Positions 29,235-39,000 of a stretch of DNA of 64,000 nt are shown here, one piece after another; position 1 is the first letter of the stretch; each line of letters begins with the position of its first letter. The notes under the pieces were generated by a model, which saw only the letters and a list, made by a program, of their open reading frames with translations, did no database searches and was not told the DNA's origin. The stretch lies in the NCBI GenBank assembly GCA_041904995.1, contig JAYRMB010000003.1, forward strand, positions 86,447 through 150,446, given 5' to 3'. Origin of the DNA: Azonexus sp. (GTDB taxonomy: Bacteria > Pseudomonadota > Gammaproteobacteria > Burkholderiales > Rhodocyclaceae). A program made the position numbers and the translations under genes.

Positions 29235-30243
29235 GCAGCTTGCGGATCGGTGTCGGCACACCGGCATCGGGCGCGCTGGCCAGATCCACCCATTGCAACC
29301 CCGGCTCACCGAGCACGGCGCCCGGGCTGACCCGGCACAGGATCGGCTGCAGGGTCAGGCGGAAATGCGTGAACGTATGTTTCAGCGGCGGCAGGGCGCG
29401 CATTGTTTCGGCGTGCAGACCAAGTCTGGCGAGCACCGCGGATGCCTCGCCCTCCGGTGGCACCAGCAAGCCACCCCACAACCCGCTGCCGGGTCGGCGT
29501 TCGAGCAGAATGCGCTGGCCGTCAGTGATCAGCGCGTAGTCGGCGCTGCGTTCGGGCAAGGCCGGGCGCGGCCGGGCGGCAGGCAACTCGCCTTGGCGTC
29601 CATCGCGTTTGGCGACGCAATCTTCCGCCATCGGGCATTCGCCGCAGCGCGGCTTGCCGCGGGTGCATAGCGTTGCGCCGAGATCCATGATGCCCTGCGT
29701 GTAGACCTCGATATCGGTGTCCGGCAACAACTCTTCAGCTAACGTCCACAGCCGCTGCTCGACCGGCGCCGAACCGGGAAAGCCGTCGATGCCGAATTGC
29801 CGGCACAGTACGCGTTTGACGTTGCCGTCTAGAATCGCCCCGCGCTGCCCGAAGGCGAAGGCGGCGATGGCCGCTGCGGTCGAGCGGCCGATGCCGGGCA
29901 ACTCGGCGAGCTGCGCCGCGGTTTTTGGGAAATTTCCGCCGTGCACCGCAGCAATGGCCTGAGCGCAGCGATGCAGGTTGCGCGCCCGGGCGTAGTAGCC
30001 CAGCCCGGCCCACAAGGCCAGCACGTCATCGGTCGGCGCCGCAGCGAGGGCGACAACGTCCGGATAAGCCTCGAGGAAACGCAGGTAATAGGGGATCACC
30101 GTCGCCACCTGCGTCTGCTGCAGCATGATCTCCGAGAGCCAGATGCGGTACGGGTCGCGCGTGTTTTGCCAGGGCAGGTCGTGGCGGCCGGAAAGCTTCT
30201 GCCAGCGGATCAAACGGTCGGTGAAAGGGTGTAAAGCGGACAA
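29206..30243 (-). CDS. mutY: A/G-specific adenine glycosylase
   Basis: WLSEIMLQQTQV, GLGYYARARNL, LPGIGRSTA, DGNVKRV, Fe-S motif C-x6-C-x2-C-x5-C. Confidence 0.96.
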   Translation of the reverse strand: MSALHPFTDRLIRWQKLSGRHDLPWQNTRDPYRIWLSEIMLQQTQVATVIPYYLRFLEAYPDVVALAAAPTDDVLALWAGLGYYARARNLHRCAQAIAAVHGGNFPKTAAQLAELPGIGRSTAAAIAAFAFGQRGAILDGNVKRVLCRQFGIDGFPGSAPVEQRLWTLAEELLPDTDIEVYTQGIMDLGATLCTRGKPRCGECPMAEDCVAKRDGRQGELPAARPRPALPERSADYALITDGQRILLERRPGSGLWGGLLVPPEGEASAVLARLGLHAETMRALPPLKHTFTHFRLTLQPILCRVSPGAVLGEPGLQWVDLASAPDAGVPTPIRKLLRLVASAPD

Positions 30244-30307
30244 AACAGCCTCGACGCGGGGGGCGGGAGCACGGATAATACGGCCTTTTGACGCAAATCA
30301 AAGTCCG

Positions 30308-30802
30308 ATGTCCCAAGCCCCGACCGACAGCCGCGCCCTGCGCAATGCCCTTGGCCGTTTCGCCACCGGTGTCGCCATCGTCACGGCGATCGATCCCGAT
30401 GGCCAGCCCATCGGCCTGACCGTCAACTCCTTCAGCGCCGTCTCGCTCGACCCGGCGCTCGTGCTCTGGTGCCTCGACAACGGCTCGCACAGCCTCGAAG
30501 CCTTCCGCCGCGCCAGCCACCACGCCATCAACATCCTGGCGCTCGATCAGGAAGAACTGTCCACCCGTTTCGCCACCTGGCCGGTCGACCGCTTCGCCGG
30601 CCTCGCCTGGCAAGCCGGTGCCGGCGGCGCTCCGGTCTTCCCCGGCTGCTGCGCCCGTTTCGAAGTCGCCAACGAAAGCGCCGTGGCCGGTGGCGACCAC
30701 ACCATTTTCATCGGCCGCGTCGAAAATTTCAGCGATGATGCCAGCAAGGCACCGCTCCTCTTCCACGCCGGCCGCTACGCCAAATTGGCCGCTACCGACT
30801 GA
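30308..30802 (+). CDS. Flavin reductase-like protein
   Basis: LRNALGRFATGVAIVT, NSFSAVSLDP, GGDHTIFIG. Confidence 0.9.
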   Translation: MSQAPTDSRALRNALGRFATGVAIVTAIDPDGQPIGLTVNSFSAVSLDPALVLWCLDNGSHSLEAFRRASHHAINILALDQEELSTRFATWPVDRFAGLAWQAGAGGAPVFPGCCARFEVANESAVAGGDHTIFIGRVENFSDDASKAPLLFHAGRYAKLAATD

Positions 30803-30855
30803 GAACCGTTGAAGCACCGGCCGACAGCGTCTAGAATGCAGCCTCGGCCCACCGA

Positions 30856-30929
30856 GCGGGCGTCGTATAATGGTAATACCTCAGCTTCCCAAGCTGATGC
30901 CGTGGGTTCGATTCCCATCGCCCGCTCCA
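30856..30929 (+). tRNA. tRNA-Gly (CCC)
   Basis: Cloverleaf: GCGGGCG/CGCCCGC acceptor stem, anticodon arm TCAGC-TTCCCAA-GCTGA, GGTTCGATTC, 3' CCA. Confidence 0.97.
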
Positions 30930-30958
30930 CATCGAATTCAGGCAGGTCGTTGATCTGC
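30924..30958 (+). repeat. att-like direct repeat, copy 1 (tRNA 3' end plus trailer)
   Basis: 33/35 identical to 33304-33338. Confidence 0.85.
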
Positions 30959-30964
30959 AAAAGA

Positions 30965-30999
30965 AAAAGCCAACCGATTCTGGTTGGCTTTTTCTTTTT
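30965..30999 (+). terminator. Intrinsic terminator after the tRNA (bidirectional-type)
   Basis: AAAAGCCAACC-loop-GGTTGGCTTTT followed by a T-run. Confidence 0.8.
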
Positions 31000-31043
31000 A
31001 ACCTTTGATCTATTGAATTGCGCAATCGCTATTGCTGACCCAA

Positions 31044-31673
31044 TTAGCTAGCCTGTTGTTCAATTATCGGCGTAAGTTTAGTGACAAATGTCTTTTCAAA
31101 TTCCCTAAAACTGGCCAAAAGACGAAGAGGGGAAAAATCTTCGATGAGTTCTGCAACCCTGTGCCTACGCTGATCTACTCGGAATTTAGTAAGGCGACGG
31201 CCAGATAACTCTGATGCAACTCTAAGCGCATTGAATAACATTTCCTTGGGGTCCGGGATACTTTCAATGCGACTAATTTCAGGAAGATTCAAGGGGCTTT
31301 CCCCATTTGGGTTATCAGCCGCGGTCCGTATAGCTGCTTCACTACATAGCAACCATGATTCGAGCATCCGAACGGGAATCGCTGGTACGATGGGTACGTT
31401 AATTCCGGTGGAGGCATTAGCAATTTCATCTAGACGTCTATTGGGTGCTTCACGCTCTGCGTCACGATGAACAACCATAACATCACACGGGTAGCAATGA
31501 AACGCAACTCCAATTCTTGATCCAAGGCCATCTCGATGAGGTGGTAGATTTTTCGCAAACTCGACTCGAAACGATGCATTTGGGAATCTGATGGACATTA
31601 TCCAGTGAATTAACGGCACTAAACATGCATCAGAAGACCCATCACCAACTAAGGTGAGTTTCAAGAAATTCAT
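31044..31673 (-). CDS. DUF4276-like / TOPRIM-like protein
   Basis: LVGDGSSD, VVHRDAE, PVRMLESWLL, DPKE; directly downstream of the ATPase. Family call is from motif recall. Confidence 0.65.
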   Translation of the reverse strand: MNFLKLTLVGDGSSDACLVPLIHWIMSIRFPNASFRVEFAKNLPPHRDGLGSRIGVAFHCYPCDVMVVHRDAEREAPNRRLDEIANASTGINVPIVPAIPVRMLESWLLCSEAAIRTAADNPNGESPLNLPEISRIESIPDPKEMLFNALRVASELSGRRLTKFRVDQRRHRVAELIEDFSPLRLLASFREFEKTFVTKLTPIIEQQAS

Positions 31674-31681
31674 TTACTCGG

Positions 31682-33091
31682 TCACTCACTAAATAGCGAC
31701 AGTTGGCCACGAACAAAGTCATGAACAGTTGTTTTTTCCGGGTTTGATACCAGAAAACTATCTTTTTTGTCGTCGTCACTTAAATAGCTAAGTAGCGTAC
31801 CCAACGGTACGGTAGGAATTTTGGCTCCCTCAGAAACACGCCACGTAGCCTCAATTGGAGCGAATATAGTAGTTGATACGCCGCCTGTCTTGATTGGCAG
31901 CGAGACCAATAAATCGTCTTTGCAAAGTTTTTGAACTACAAGTGGGGAGTGGGTGTTTATTATTATCTGGCGCAGCGGATTATCTGGCCCGACGGCTAAG
32001 TCGGGATTAGACGCGATATCTCCAAGGAGTTCCATCATCGCTCTAACGCGGGATGGATGGATTCCGTTCTCTGGTTCCTCTAGGCAGATGAGGCCCCCGG
32101 ATGAAGCATCGGCACTTATAATTGCTAGAGCAAGAAAGCGTAGCGTCCCATCCGATAAACTTCTTGCTGTGTGACTGCTGCCGTCCCGCTGCGTTACAAC
32201 CAATGTCTTTAATCTGCGACCCTCATCAATATCAACTTCTACCGTACGTACTTCGGGAAGTAGATCACTGAGTCTATTTGCAACCTCCGAGTATTTAGCC
32301 AAACGTGCCAAGGTCGCTGGCATATGCGCACCTTCAGATGACACCCTGCTCTCATCTGAAAAATCATCGGGCAAACGCAATTTAGATGGTTCTAGCTGGA
32401 GTAGCCTCCAGGACTGCATTTCGCGGCGAGCAGCAAGCGCTGTTGGCTTGTCATCTGTGTTAATTGTGCTGAGTATCGTTCTAGGAGAGTTGGGGGCTGG
32501 TATATCTAAAGGGCGTCCCTGATGGCCATCCTGTCTTAAACGAATAACTGGTACTCCACCATTTATTTCTGTAGAAATGAAATCTGCTCTGCGGGCACCA
32601 CCAATTACTGAGTTCCAAAACTCAGTGCTAGTTTTAAAACCAAGACGCTTCCGAGATTCAGTTTTTAGGACATAAGTAAGCGATTCATGAATGAGTTCGA
32701 TGCGTTCAGGAGTTTGTCCTAAAGATCGAACGTATCTAAGCGTGACCTTATACCTAAGATGGGTCGCGGAAGGTTGAGCTTCTCTACCAAAGTCATCTAG
32801 TACTACCTTTTGAACTAGAAACTCTGCCTCTAGGTCAATGTCGTGAATGTCGCCATTAGGAAGAGCCGTGAATAGAGATTTCAAATCTGTGGCTCTTCGG
32901 CCAGAGTTATCGCGCACGCGAGATGCGGCCTCGACGATTGAATAATCAGCCAAGTCCCGCAAAAACATAATTGCATCAAATAGATTCGATTTTCCAGATG
33001 CATTTGTACCAGCAACACAGGTAAATGGGCCGAACGCGATCTCGCAATCGAATAAATTCTTGAAACCCTTGATTTTTAGTCTAGTAAGCAT
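31682..33091 (-). CDS. ABC-type AAA_21/AAA_15 ATPase
   Basis: MLTRLKIKGFKN, GTNASGKSNLFDA, LSDGTLRFLAL, LEEPENGIHP, NTHSP; no TM segments. Confidence 0.9.
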   Translation of the reverse strand: MLTRLKIKGFKNLFDCEIAFGPFTCVAGTNASGKSNLFDAIMFLRDLADYSIVEAASRVRDNSGRRATDLKSLFTALPNGDIHDIDLEAEFLVQKVVLDDFGREAQPSATHLRYKVTLRYVRSLGQTPERIELIHESLTYVLKTESRKRLGFKTSTEFWNSVIGGARRADFISTEINGGVPVIRLRQDGHQGRPLDIPAPNSPRTILSTINTDDKPTALAARREMQSWRLLQLEPSKLRLPDDFSDESRVSSEGAHMPATLARLAKYSEVANRLSDLLPEVRTVEVDIDEGRRLKTLVVTQRDGSSHTARSLSDGTLRFLALAIISADASSGGLICLEEPENGIHPSRVRAMMELLGDIASNPDLAVGPDNPLRQIIINTHSPLVVQKLCKDDLLVSLPIKTGGVSTTIFAPIEATWRVSEGAKIPTVPLGTLLSYLSDDDKKDSFLVSNPEKTTVHDFVRGQLSLFSE

Positions 33092-33303
33092 TGGCCGAAT
33101 TTTCCCAAGGTATCAGCTGTATTTGATCAAGTTCGCCCGCAATGATCCCGAAAAATGCTAAGCGAATTTTCTCACAATACGACGGATCAAAGTTGCTACT
33201 CTCGTATGAACAAGTTCTTAGGCAATCATATCCGGCACTATTCGCAGACGTTAGCGACAAACTATATTTCTTATAGATGGTGAAGAGTATTGAGTGCAGC
33301 GCT

Positions 33304-33338
33304 GCTCCAAATCGAATTAAGGCAGGTCGTTGATCTGC
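33304..33338 (+). repeat. att-like direct repeat, copy 2
   Basis: GCTCCAAATCGAATTAAGGCAGGTCGTTGATCTGC. Confidence 0.85.
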
Positions 33339-33344
33339 CGCGCC

Positions 33345-33373
33345 AAAGCCAACTGAACCCGGTTGGCTTTTTT
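33345..33373 (+). terminator. Terminator hairpin related to the one at 30965
   Basis: AAAGCCAAC-loop-GTTGGCTTT followed by T residues. Confidence 0.7.
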
Positions 33374-33421
33374 GTTGTCTGCTCGGTAGTGTTCACTTGT
33401 CTGTCGTCCAGCCGAGCCATC

Positions 33422-34039
33422 ATGTTTGCCATCCATAGTCTTTCCGGTTTCAGTCTGCGTGCGCCCTTGGAGCAGTTGGCGAAGAGTGCCGAGGTGCGCG
33501 CCATTCGACGGGATGGCGTGGAGTACGAACCGACGCTGGTTGGTGGGGATGATGGGGTCGCGCCGTCGCCGACGGCGGCGCAGGCTTATCGGGCCATTCT
33601 GCCCAAGGCGCTGGAGCGCGGGCCGGTGAAGCATGCCTGGCAGGTGATGAACAAGCAGGTGATCAGGGTACGGCTGGAGGATTCGGTCGAGCTGGCTTGG
33701 CGGGTGCTGGTCAAGTCGCGGGTGCGTCAGGCGGTGGTGGTCAACGATGAGGGCACCATCGTTGGCCTGGTCTCGGAGCGGGATCTGCTCACTTCGGTGA
33801 ATCTGGAGGATGGGGTTCTGCGCGATGTGCTGGGGCGGCGGGTGGCGGATGTGATGCAGACGCCCATCGTCAGTGCCGACCCGGTGACCGATATCCGGCG
33901 CATTGCGCAGGCCATGGTGGAATACGGCCTGTCCGGGGTGCCCATCGTCGAGGAGAGCGGGCGGGCCGTCGGCTTCGTGTCGCGTGGCGACATTCTGCGC
34001 TCGGTGGTCAATGACCCGCCCTTGAGCCTTTGGGTCTGA
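33422..34039 (+). CDS. CBS-domain pair protein
   Basis: Two CBS repeats (VGLVSERDLL; GFVSRGDIL); start set at MFAIHS. Confidence 0.85.
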   Translation: MFAIHSLSGFSLRAPLEQLAKSAEVRAIRRDGVEYEPTLVGGDDGVAPSPTAAQAYRAILPKALERGPVKHAWQVMNKQVIRVRLEDSVELAWRVLVKSRVRQAVVVNDEGTIVGLVSERDLLTSVNLEDGVLRDVLGRRVADVMQTPIVSADPVTDIRRIAQAMVEYGLSGVPIVEESGRAVGFVSRGDILRSVVNDPPLSLWV

Positions 34040-34084
34040 GCCGGGCAGGTCTGCTCAGACTCCGGTCGCGAGTCGGACGCCACG

Positions 34085-34118
34085 GTTTTTGCCCAAAATG
34101 GGCAGTGCACCGCAGCAG
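34085..34118 (+). repeat. Dispersed repeat with core GTGCACCGCAGCAG (first of six copies)
   Basis: Cores at 34105, 38337, 42978, 43400 (minus), 54245 and 59932 (13/14), most preceded by TTTTTGCC-N-GGC. Confidence 0.75.
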
Positions 34119-34142
34119 TGAGCTGAAGCCGGCCTGCCGGCC

Positions 34143-36959
34143 TCAATCGTTGGTTCGATGCGTCGCTTCGAAGTCGGCGAGGGGGATGGGGCGGCCGAAC
34201 AGGTAGCCTTGGTAGTAGGTGCAGCCGTTGCGGCGGAGGAATTCGAGTTGTTCCTCGGTTTCGACGCCTTCGGCAATGGCTTCCAGCCCTAGGTTTTCCG
34301 CCATGCCGAGAATGGTCTGGACGATGACCTCGTCGGCCCCGGTGACGCCGATGTTGCGCACGAAGGATTGGTCGATCTTGACCTGATCGAGCGGCAGGCG
34401 CGATAGGTAGGCGAGCGAAGAGTAGCCGGTGCCGAAGTCGTCGAGCGAGAAACTGACGCCGGCGGCCTTGAGTGCCTGCATCTTGCCGATGGTGTCGTCG
34501 ACGTTGTCGAGCACCAGGCTTTCGGTCAGCTCGAGCTTGAGCAGGCTGGGGTCGATGCCGCTTCGTTCGACGACGGCAAGTACCTTTTCGACGAAATCAT
34601 CCTGGCGGAACTGATGGGCGCTGACGTTGACGGCGAGCGACCAGTAGCGGGAAACGGGGTCGTTCTCCCAGGCTTTGAGTTGTCGGCAGGCGGTTTCGAG
34701 TACCCATTGGCCGATAGGTACGATCAGCCCGGTATCTTCGGCCAAGGAAATGAAGGTGAGCGGCGAGACCATGCCCTGCTTGGGGTGTTGCCAGCGGAGA
34801 AGGGCTTCGGCGCCCTGAACGCGGCCGCTGCCTTCGATTTGCGGTTGGAAGTAGAGCAGCAACTGGTCTTCGGGCAGGGCGCGGCGCAGGTCGGTGTCGA
34901 GCGCGATGCGCGCTTCCATGGCGGCGTGGGTGGCCGGATCGAAGAAGCGGATGGTGTTGCGGCCCGAGCGCTTGGCTTGGTACATGGCGGTGTCGGCCCG
35001 TTTGAGCAGCTCGTCGATGCTGATTTCCTGGTTGCCGAAGAGGCAGATGCCGATGCTGGGCGAGGTGTGGTACTCGCTGCTTTGCAGATTGAACGAGCGG
35101 TTGATCGCCGAGCGCATCTTTTCGGCGATGACTTCGGCTTGCGCGGCGGCCTGGCGCGGGTTGGGGCCGAGGTCGACGAGGATGACGACGAATTCGTCGC
35201 CGCCCAGGCGGGCGACGGTGTCGTCGGCACGGACGCATTCCTGCAGGCGGTTGGCGACTTCGATCAGCAGCAGGTCGCCGATGTTGTGGCCCTTGGTGTC
35301 GTTCAGTTCCTTGAAGCGGTCGAGGTCGAGGATCAGCACGGCGCCGTGGCGCTTGTTGCGGGCGCTGCTGGCCATGGTGTGCTCGAGGCGGTCGAGCAGC
35401 AGGCGGCGGTTGGGCAGCGCGGTCAGCGGGTCGTAGAAGGCGAGGGTGTGGATTTCGGCTTCGGCCTTCTTGTGCAGCGAAATATCGGAGAAGGCGGCGA
35501 CGTAGTTGCAGATGCGCCCGGCGGGATCGGTCACCGCCGTGATGTTCAGCCATTCCGGGTAGATGTCGCCATTCTTGCGGCGGTTCCAGACTTCGCCCTG
35601 CCAGTGCTTTTCGTAGGTCAGGGCACGCCACATTTCGGCGTAGAACATCGGGTCGTGCCGTCCGGACTTGAGCAGTTGCCCCGGCGTCTTGCCCAGGGCT
35701 TCCTCGGCGCTGTAGCCGGTGATGCGGCAGAACGAGCGGTTGACCTTGATGATGCGCTCTTCGGCGTCGGTGATGGCGATGGCCTCGAGCGATTCGAAGG
35801 CGATGGCGGCGATGCGCAGCTCGACTTCGGCGCGGATGATGTCGGTGATGTCGCGACCGAAGGCCAGGGCGCCGACGACGCCCGATTCGTCGCGCTCGGC
35901 GGCCATGCGGACGTGGTGGATACGGTGTTCGCCTAGGCGGTCGCGTACCTGGATTTCGATTTCCTGCGCTTCGCCGGTGGCGATGACCTGCTTGAGCGCC
36001 GCTTCGTAGTGCAGCAGGTCGTTGGCTCCCTCGAACGAGCTGCCGGTCGGTGTGCGGCCGAGCAGCATTTGCGGCTCGAGGTTGGTGCTCTCGGCCAGCA
36101 TGCGATTGACGTAAACGGCCCGGCAATCGCTGTCGTAACGGATGATGTTGTCCGGCGAGCTCTCGACCAGCGAGCGGAAAGCCAGTTCGCTCTGCTTGAG
36201 TTGATGTTCGGCGGCGCGCCGTTGCGTGATGTCGGTGAAGGTGAAGACGCGGCCGATGATGCGCTCTTCGAGGTATTGCGGCTGCGAGCGTTGTTCCAGC
36301 ACCTGGCCGCTGTCGAGTTCGAGCGTGTCGAGGGTGTGTTCCTCATGCAGGCGGATGATATCGGCGAAGCGTGCCAGGTAGCCTTCGGCATCGTCCTGGC
36401 GGCCGGCCATGAAGGCGATCACCTCGCCATCGTCGCCGCGGGCCAGGATGTCTTCCGGCAGCTGCCAGAGCGCGGCGAAGCGCTGGTTCATGTTGACCAG
36501 ATGGCCGCGCTCGTCGCAGACCAGGATGCCGTCGGCGGTCGATTCCAGCGTGGCGCGCAGCAGCGAGGTCAGGCTTTCGAGGTGGGCTTTCTCGTCGCGT
36601 TGATGCGTGATGTCGTGCGCCCGGATCAGCAACCAGTGGCGCTTGTCGTGCTCGACACGTGAGATGCGTTCGTCGACCGGAAACAGGCTGCCGTCGGCAC
36701 AGCGATAGAGCCCTTCGGAGGATTCGACCTCCTGGATGTTGCCGGCGGCGACTTCCTCCCAGTAGAAGATGTCGGCCAGCGAGCGGCCGATGTCGGTGAT
36801 CGGGCGCTCGAGCAGTTGTTCATGCTCGTAGCCCAGGCGCGTGCAGGTGGCGCGGTTGGCGGCGCAGATGCGCTGTGTTTGCGGATCGACCAGCAGCAAC
36901 AGATCGTCGGCGTGCTCAAGGAGCAGGGAGTCGAATGAGGTCGGGGACGTCGAGTTCAT
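34143..36959 (-). CDS. Multi-PAS GGDEF-EAL protein
   Basis: Several PAS repeats; RADD I-site, RLGGDEF, AEALLRW, DDFGTGYSSL, EGVET. Confidence 0.95.
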   Translation of the reverse strand: MNSTSPTSFDSLLLEHADDLLLLVDPQTQRICAANRATCTRLGYEHEQLLERPITDIGRSLADIFYWEEVAAGNIQEVESSEGLYRCADGSLFPVDERISRVEHDKRHWLLIRAHDITHQRDEKAHLESLTSLLRATLESTADGILVCDERGHLVNMNQRFAALWQLPEDILARGDDGEVIAFMAGRQDDAEGYLARFADIIRLHEEHTLDTLELDSGQVLEQRSQPQYLEERIIGRVFTFTDITQRRAAEHQLKQSELAFRSLVESSPDNIIRYDSDCRAVYVNRMLAESTNLEPQMLLGRTPTGSSFEGANDLLHYEAALKQVIATGEAQEIEIQVRDRLGEHRIHHVRMAAERDESGVVGALAFGRDITDIIRAEVELRIAAIAFESLEAIAITDAEERIIKVNRSFCRITGYSAEEALGKTPGQLLKSGRHDPMFYAEMWRALTYEKHWQGEVWNRRKNGDIYPEWLNITAVTDPAGRICNYVAAFSDISLHKKAEAEIHTLAFYDPLTALPNRRLLLDRLEHTMASSARNKRHGAVLILDLDRFKELNDTKGHNIGDLLLIEVANRLQECVRADDTVARLGGDEFVVILVDLGPNPRQAAAQAEVIAEKMRSAINRSFNLQSSEYHTSPSIGICLFGNQEISIDELLKRADTAMYQAKRSGRNTIRFFDPATHAAMEARIALDTDLRRALPEDQLLLYFQPQIEGSGRVQGAEALLRWQHPKQGMVSPLTFISLAEDTGLIVPIGQWVLETACRQLKAWENDPVSRYWSLAVNVSAHQFRQDDFVEKVLAVVERSGIDPSLLKLELTESLVLDNVDDTIGKMQALKAAGVSFSLDDFGTGYSSLAYLSRLPLDQVKIDQSFVRNIGVTGADEVIVQTILGMAENLGLEAIAEGVETEEQLEFLRRNGCTYYQGYLFGRPIPLADFEATHRTND

Positions 36960-38212
36960 GCGTTGCCTGGGCTGCCTTCGCCGAAATAGTAGGAAACATG
37001 CTTGCGCATGCAAAGGTAGTCGTAAATGCTGCGCGGCAACTGGTTCGGATTCAGTGCGTGGGCGATCTGGACATCGGGTTCCTGGTCGAGGTCGATGATG
37101 ATGGCCTCGTCGCGCGGCACGCTGGGTTCGTACACGATGAGCACCGGTTTCAACGGGCGGGTCGGGTTGACCGAGGTGACCAGCGCGGTGGCGCCATTGG
37201 ACAGGTGCACCAGCGTGCCGGGCGGATAGACGCCGAGACTGCGGATCAGCTGGCGCATCATCTGCGGGTCGTGCTTGCTCGCCTGCTGGGCGAACATGTA
37301 GGACAAGGCCTCATGCGGCGTTTTGGCCTTGCTCGGCGTGGTCGGGTTGCACAGGCTGTCGTAGCGGTTGGCCACTTCGACCAGACGGGCCAGCAGCGCG
37401 ATCTGCTCGCCGCGCAATTGCTGCGGATAGCCGCTGCCGTCCATCAGTTCGTGGTGCTGGGCGATGATGTCGAGCACGCCTTGTGGGAAGCCGAGCTTCC
37501 TGCCGAGTTCGACGCCTTGTTCGCAGTGCGTCTGGCGCAGCTTGACCTCTCCGGCCGTCAGCGGATCGACCTTGCGCAGCAGCGTGCTCGGGATGGCGTG
37601 CAGGCCGATGTCGTGGAAGAGTGCGCCGAGGCCGAGGGTGCGAATCTGCTCGGTCGGCAGGTCCAGGCCGCGAGCCATGATCAGCGACAGCACGGTGACG
37701 TTGAGCCCGTGGTGGTAGAGCGAATCCTGATGCCCCTTGTCGCCCATGGCATGGATGAGGGCATCGGGGTGGCCGAAGTAGTCGCCGGCAATGTCGTCGA
37801 CCAGTCGGGTGGCATCGTCGAGGGCGCTTTGCGGGTCGGTCGTGCACCGTCCGATGATGCGCCGTACTTCCTGCACGGCTTGGTGCAATGCCTGTTCGGC
37901 CTGGGCCACCGAGGTGCGGTAGTTGGCCAGATGGGCGCCGCGCGCCTGCTTGGCCAGCAACAACGGGTCATCCGGCGGCAGGAGGGGCGGCGGCGGGTGG
38001 GCATCGCCGGTTTCCTGCAAGGGGAGCGGCAGCGTCGAGCTGCGCCGAGGATCGTAGCGGACCTTGTCGAGGCCGAGCTGGCGCAACTGGCGGATCTGCT
38101 CGTCGCTCTTGATCTTGAAGCTGCTGAAACTGAACGGGTGCTTCATCCATGGCAAATCGAGCTCGACATAGAGCCCGACCCGCAACTGATCGATGAAGAC
38201 GAACGAAGACAT
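36956..38212 (-). CDS. DUF3391/HD-GYP phosphodiesterase
   Basis: IDQLRVGLYV, LFHDIG, HHELMDGSGYP. Confidence 0.92.
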   Translation of the reverse strand: MSSFVFIDQLRVGLYVELDLPWMKHPFSFSSFKIKSDEQIRQLRQLGLDKVRYDPRRSSTLPLPLQETGDAHPPPPLLPPDDPLLLAKQARGAHLANYRTSVAQAEQALHQAVQEVRRIIGRCTTDPQSALDDATRLVDDIAGDYFGHPDALIHAMGDKGHQDSLYHHGLNVTVLSLIMARGLDLPTEQIRTLGLGALFHDIGLHAIPSTLLRKVDPLTAGEVKLRQTHCEQGVELGRKLGFPQGVLDIIAQHHELMDGSGYPQQLRGEQIALLARLVEVANRYDSLCNPTTPSKAKTPHEALSYMFAQQASKHDPQMMRQLIRSLGVYPPGTLVHLSNGATALVTSVNPTRPLKPVLIVYEPSVPRDEAIIIDLDQEPDVQIAHALNPNQLPRSIYDYLCMRKHVSYYFGEGSPGNA

Positions 38213-38367
38213 CCCGGCAGACCCCCTGATTCTTTTGGATTAATTATTTTTGGCTATTCTAAACAGCCTGTTAGCGGAGGCGTTGATGAAATTGTCAAAT
38301 TTCCGGTGCCGCGATGAAAAATTGCCGAAATGGGCAGTGCACCGCAGCAGTCCGGAGTCGGATGAGG

Positions 38368-39000
38368 CTAGCCGAGCAATTTGCGCTGATCGAGGAATTT
38401 TTCCAGGATTTCGAGGCGGGCGATCGGGTCTTCCAGTTCGAGCAGCTTCTGCTTGGCCAGGTTCTGGATGGGCAGCACCTCGGTGATGCGGTAGCCGACC
38501 CAGGCCGCATCGTCATAGCGATGCGGCTCGGGAATGCGGGCGCTGCCGAGATCGGCGACGATGCGCTGGAGCAGCGGGAGCAGCCGTTCGCGTTCCTGCG
38601 GCAGCGGCTCCGTGTCGCCCTCGCTGAGCAGTTCGACGTGGCCGCGCAGCAGGTTGCCGGGGCCGACCTCGCTGTCGATGATGCGGAAACGCCGGCCACC
38701 CAGGGCGGTGATCTGCAGGATGCCGAGCTGCTCCATCTCCCAGTCGCCGATGCGGGCCAGGGTGCCGACCGGATGCGGCTGGGCCGCAGCACCGACTTCC
38801 GAACCGCTGTCGATCAGGCAGATGCCGAAAGGTGTTTCGTCCTTCATGCAGGCGGCGGCCATGTCGAGGTAGCGTTGCTCGAAAATCTTCAGCGGCTGCA
38901 CGCCGCCGGGGAAGAGCACGGTATTGAGCGGAAAGAGCGGAATTTCCAGCGTTTCGACGCTGCGCCCGCTCGGCGAACGGATGAAGTCGAACCAGCCCAT
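38368..39000 (-). CDS. Lon substrate-binding-domain protein
   Basis: IPLFPLNTVLFPGG..LKIFEQRYLDM; no protease domain. Confidence 0.9.
   Translation of the reverse strand: MGWFDFIRSPSGRSVETLEIPLFPLNTVLFPGGVQPLKIFEQRYLDMAAACMKDETPFGICLIDSGSEVGAAAQPHPVGTLARIGDWEMEQLGILQITALGGRRFRIIDSEVGPGNLLRGHVELLSEGDTEPLPQERERLLPLLQRIVADLGSARIPEPHRYDDAAWVGYRITEVLPIQNLAKQKLLELEDPIARLEILEKFLDQRKLLG

Larger units (their letters stand above)
30930..33338. mobile_element. Integrase-less genomic islet at tRNA-Gly
   Basis: AT-rich two-gene block bounded by 35-bp direct repeats, each followed by a related terminator. Confidence 0.7.
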
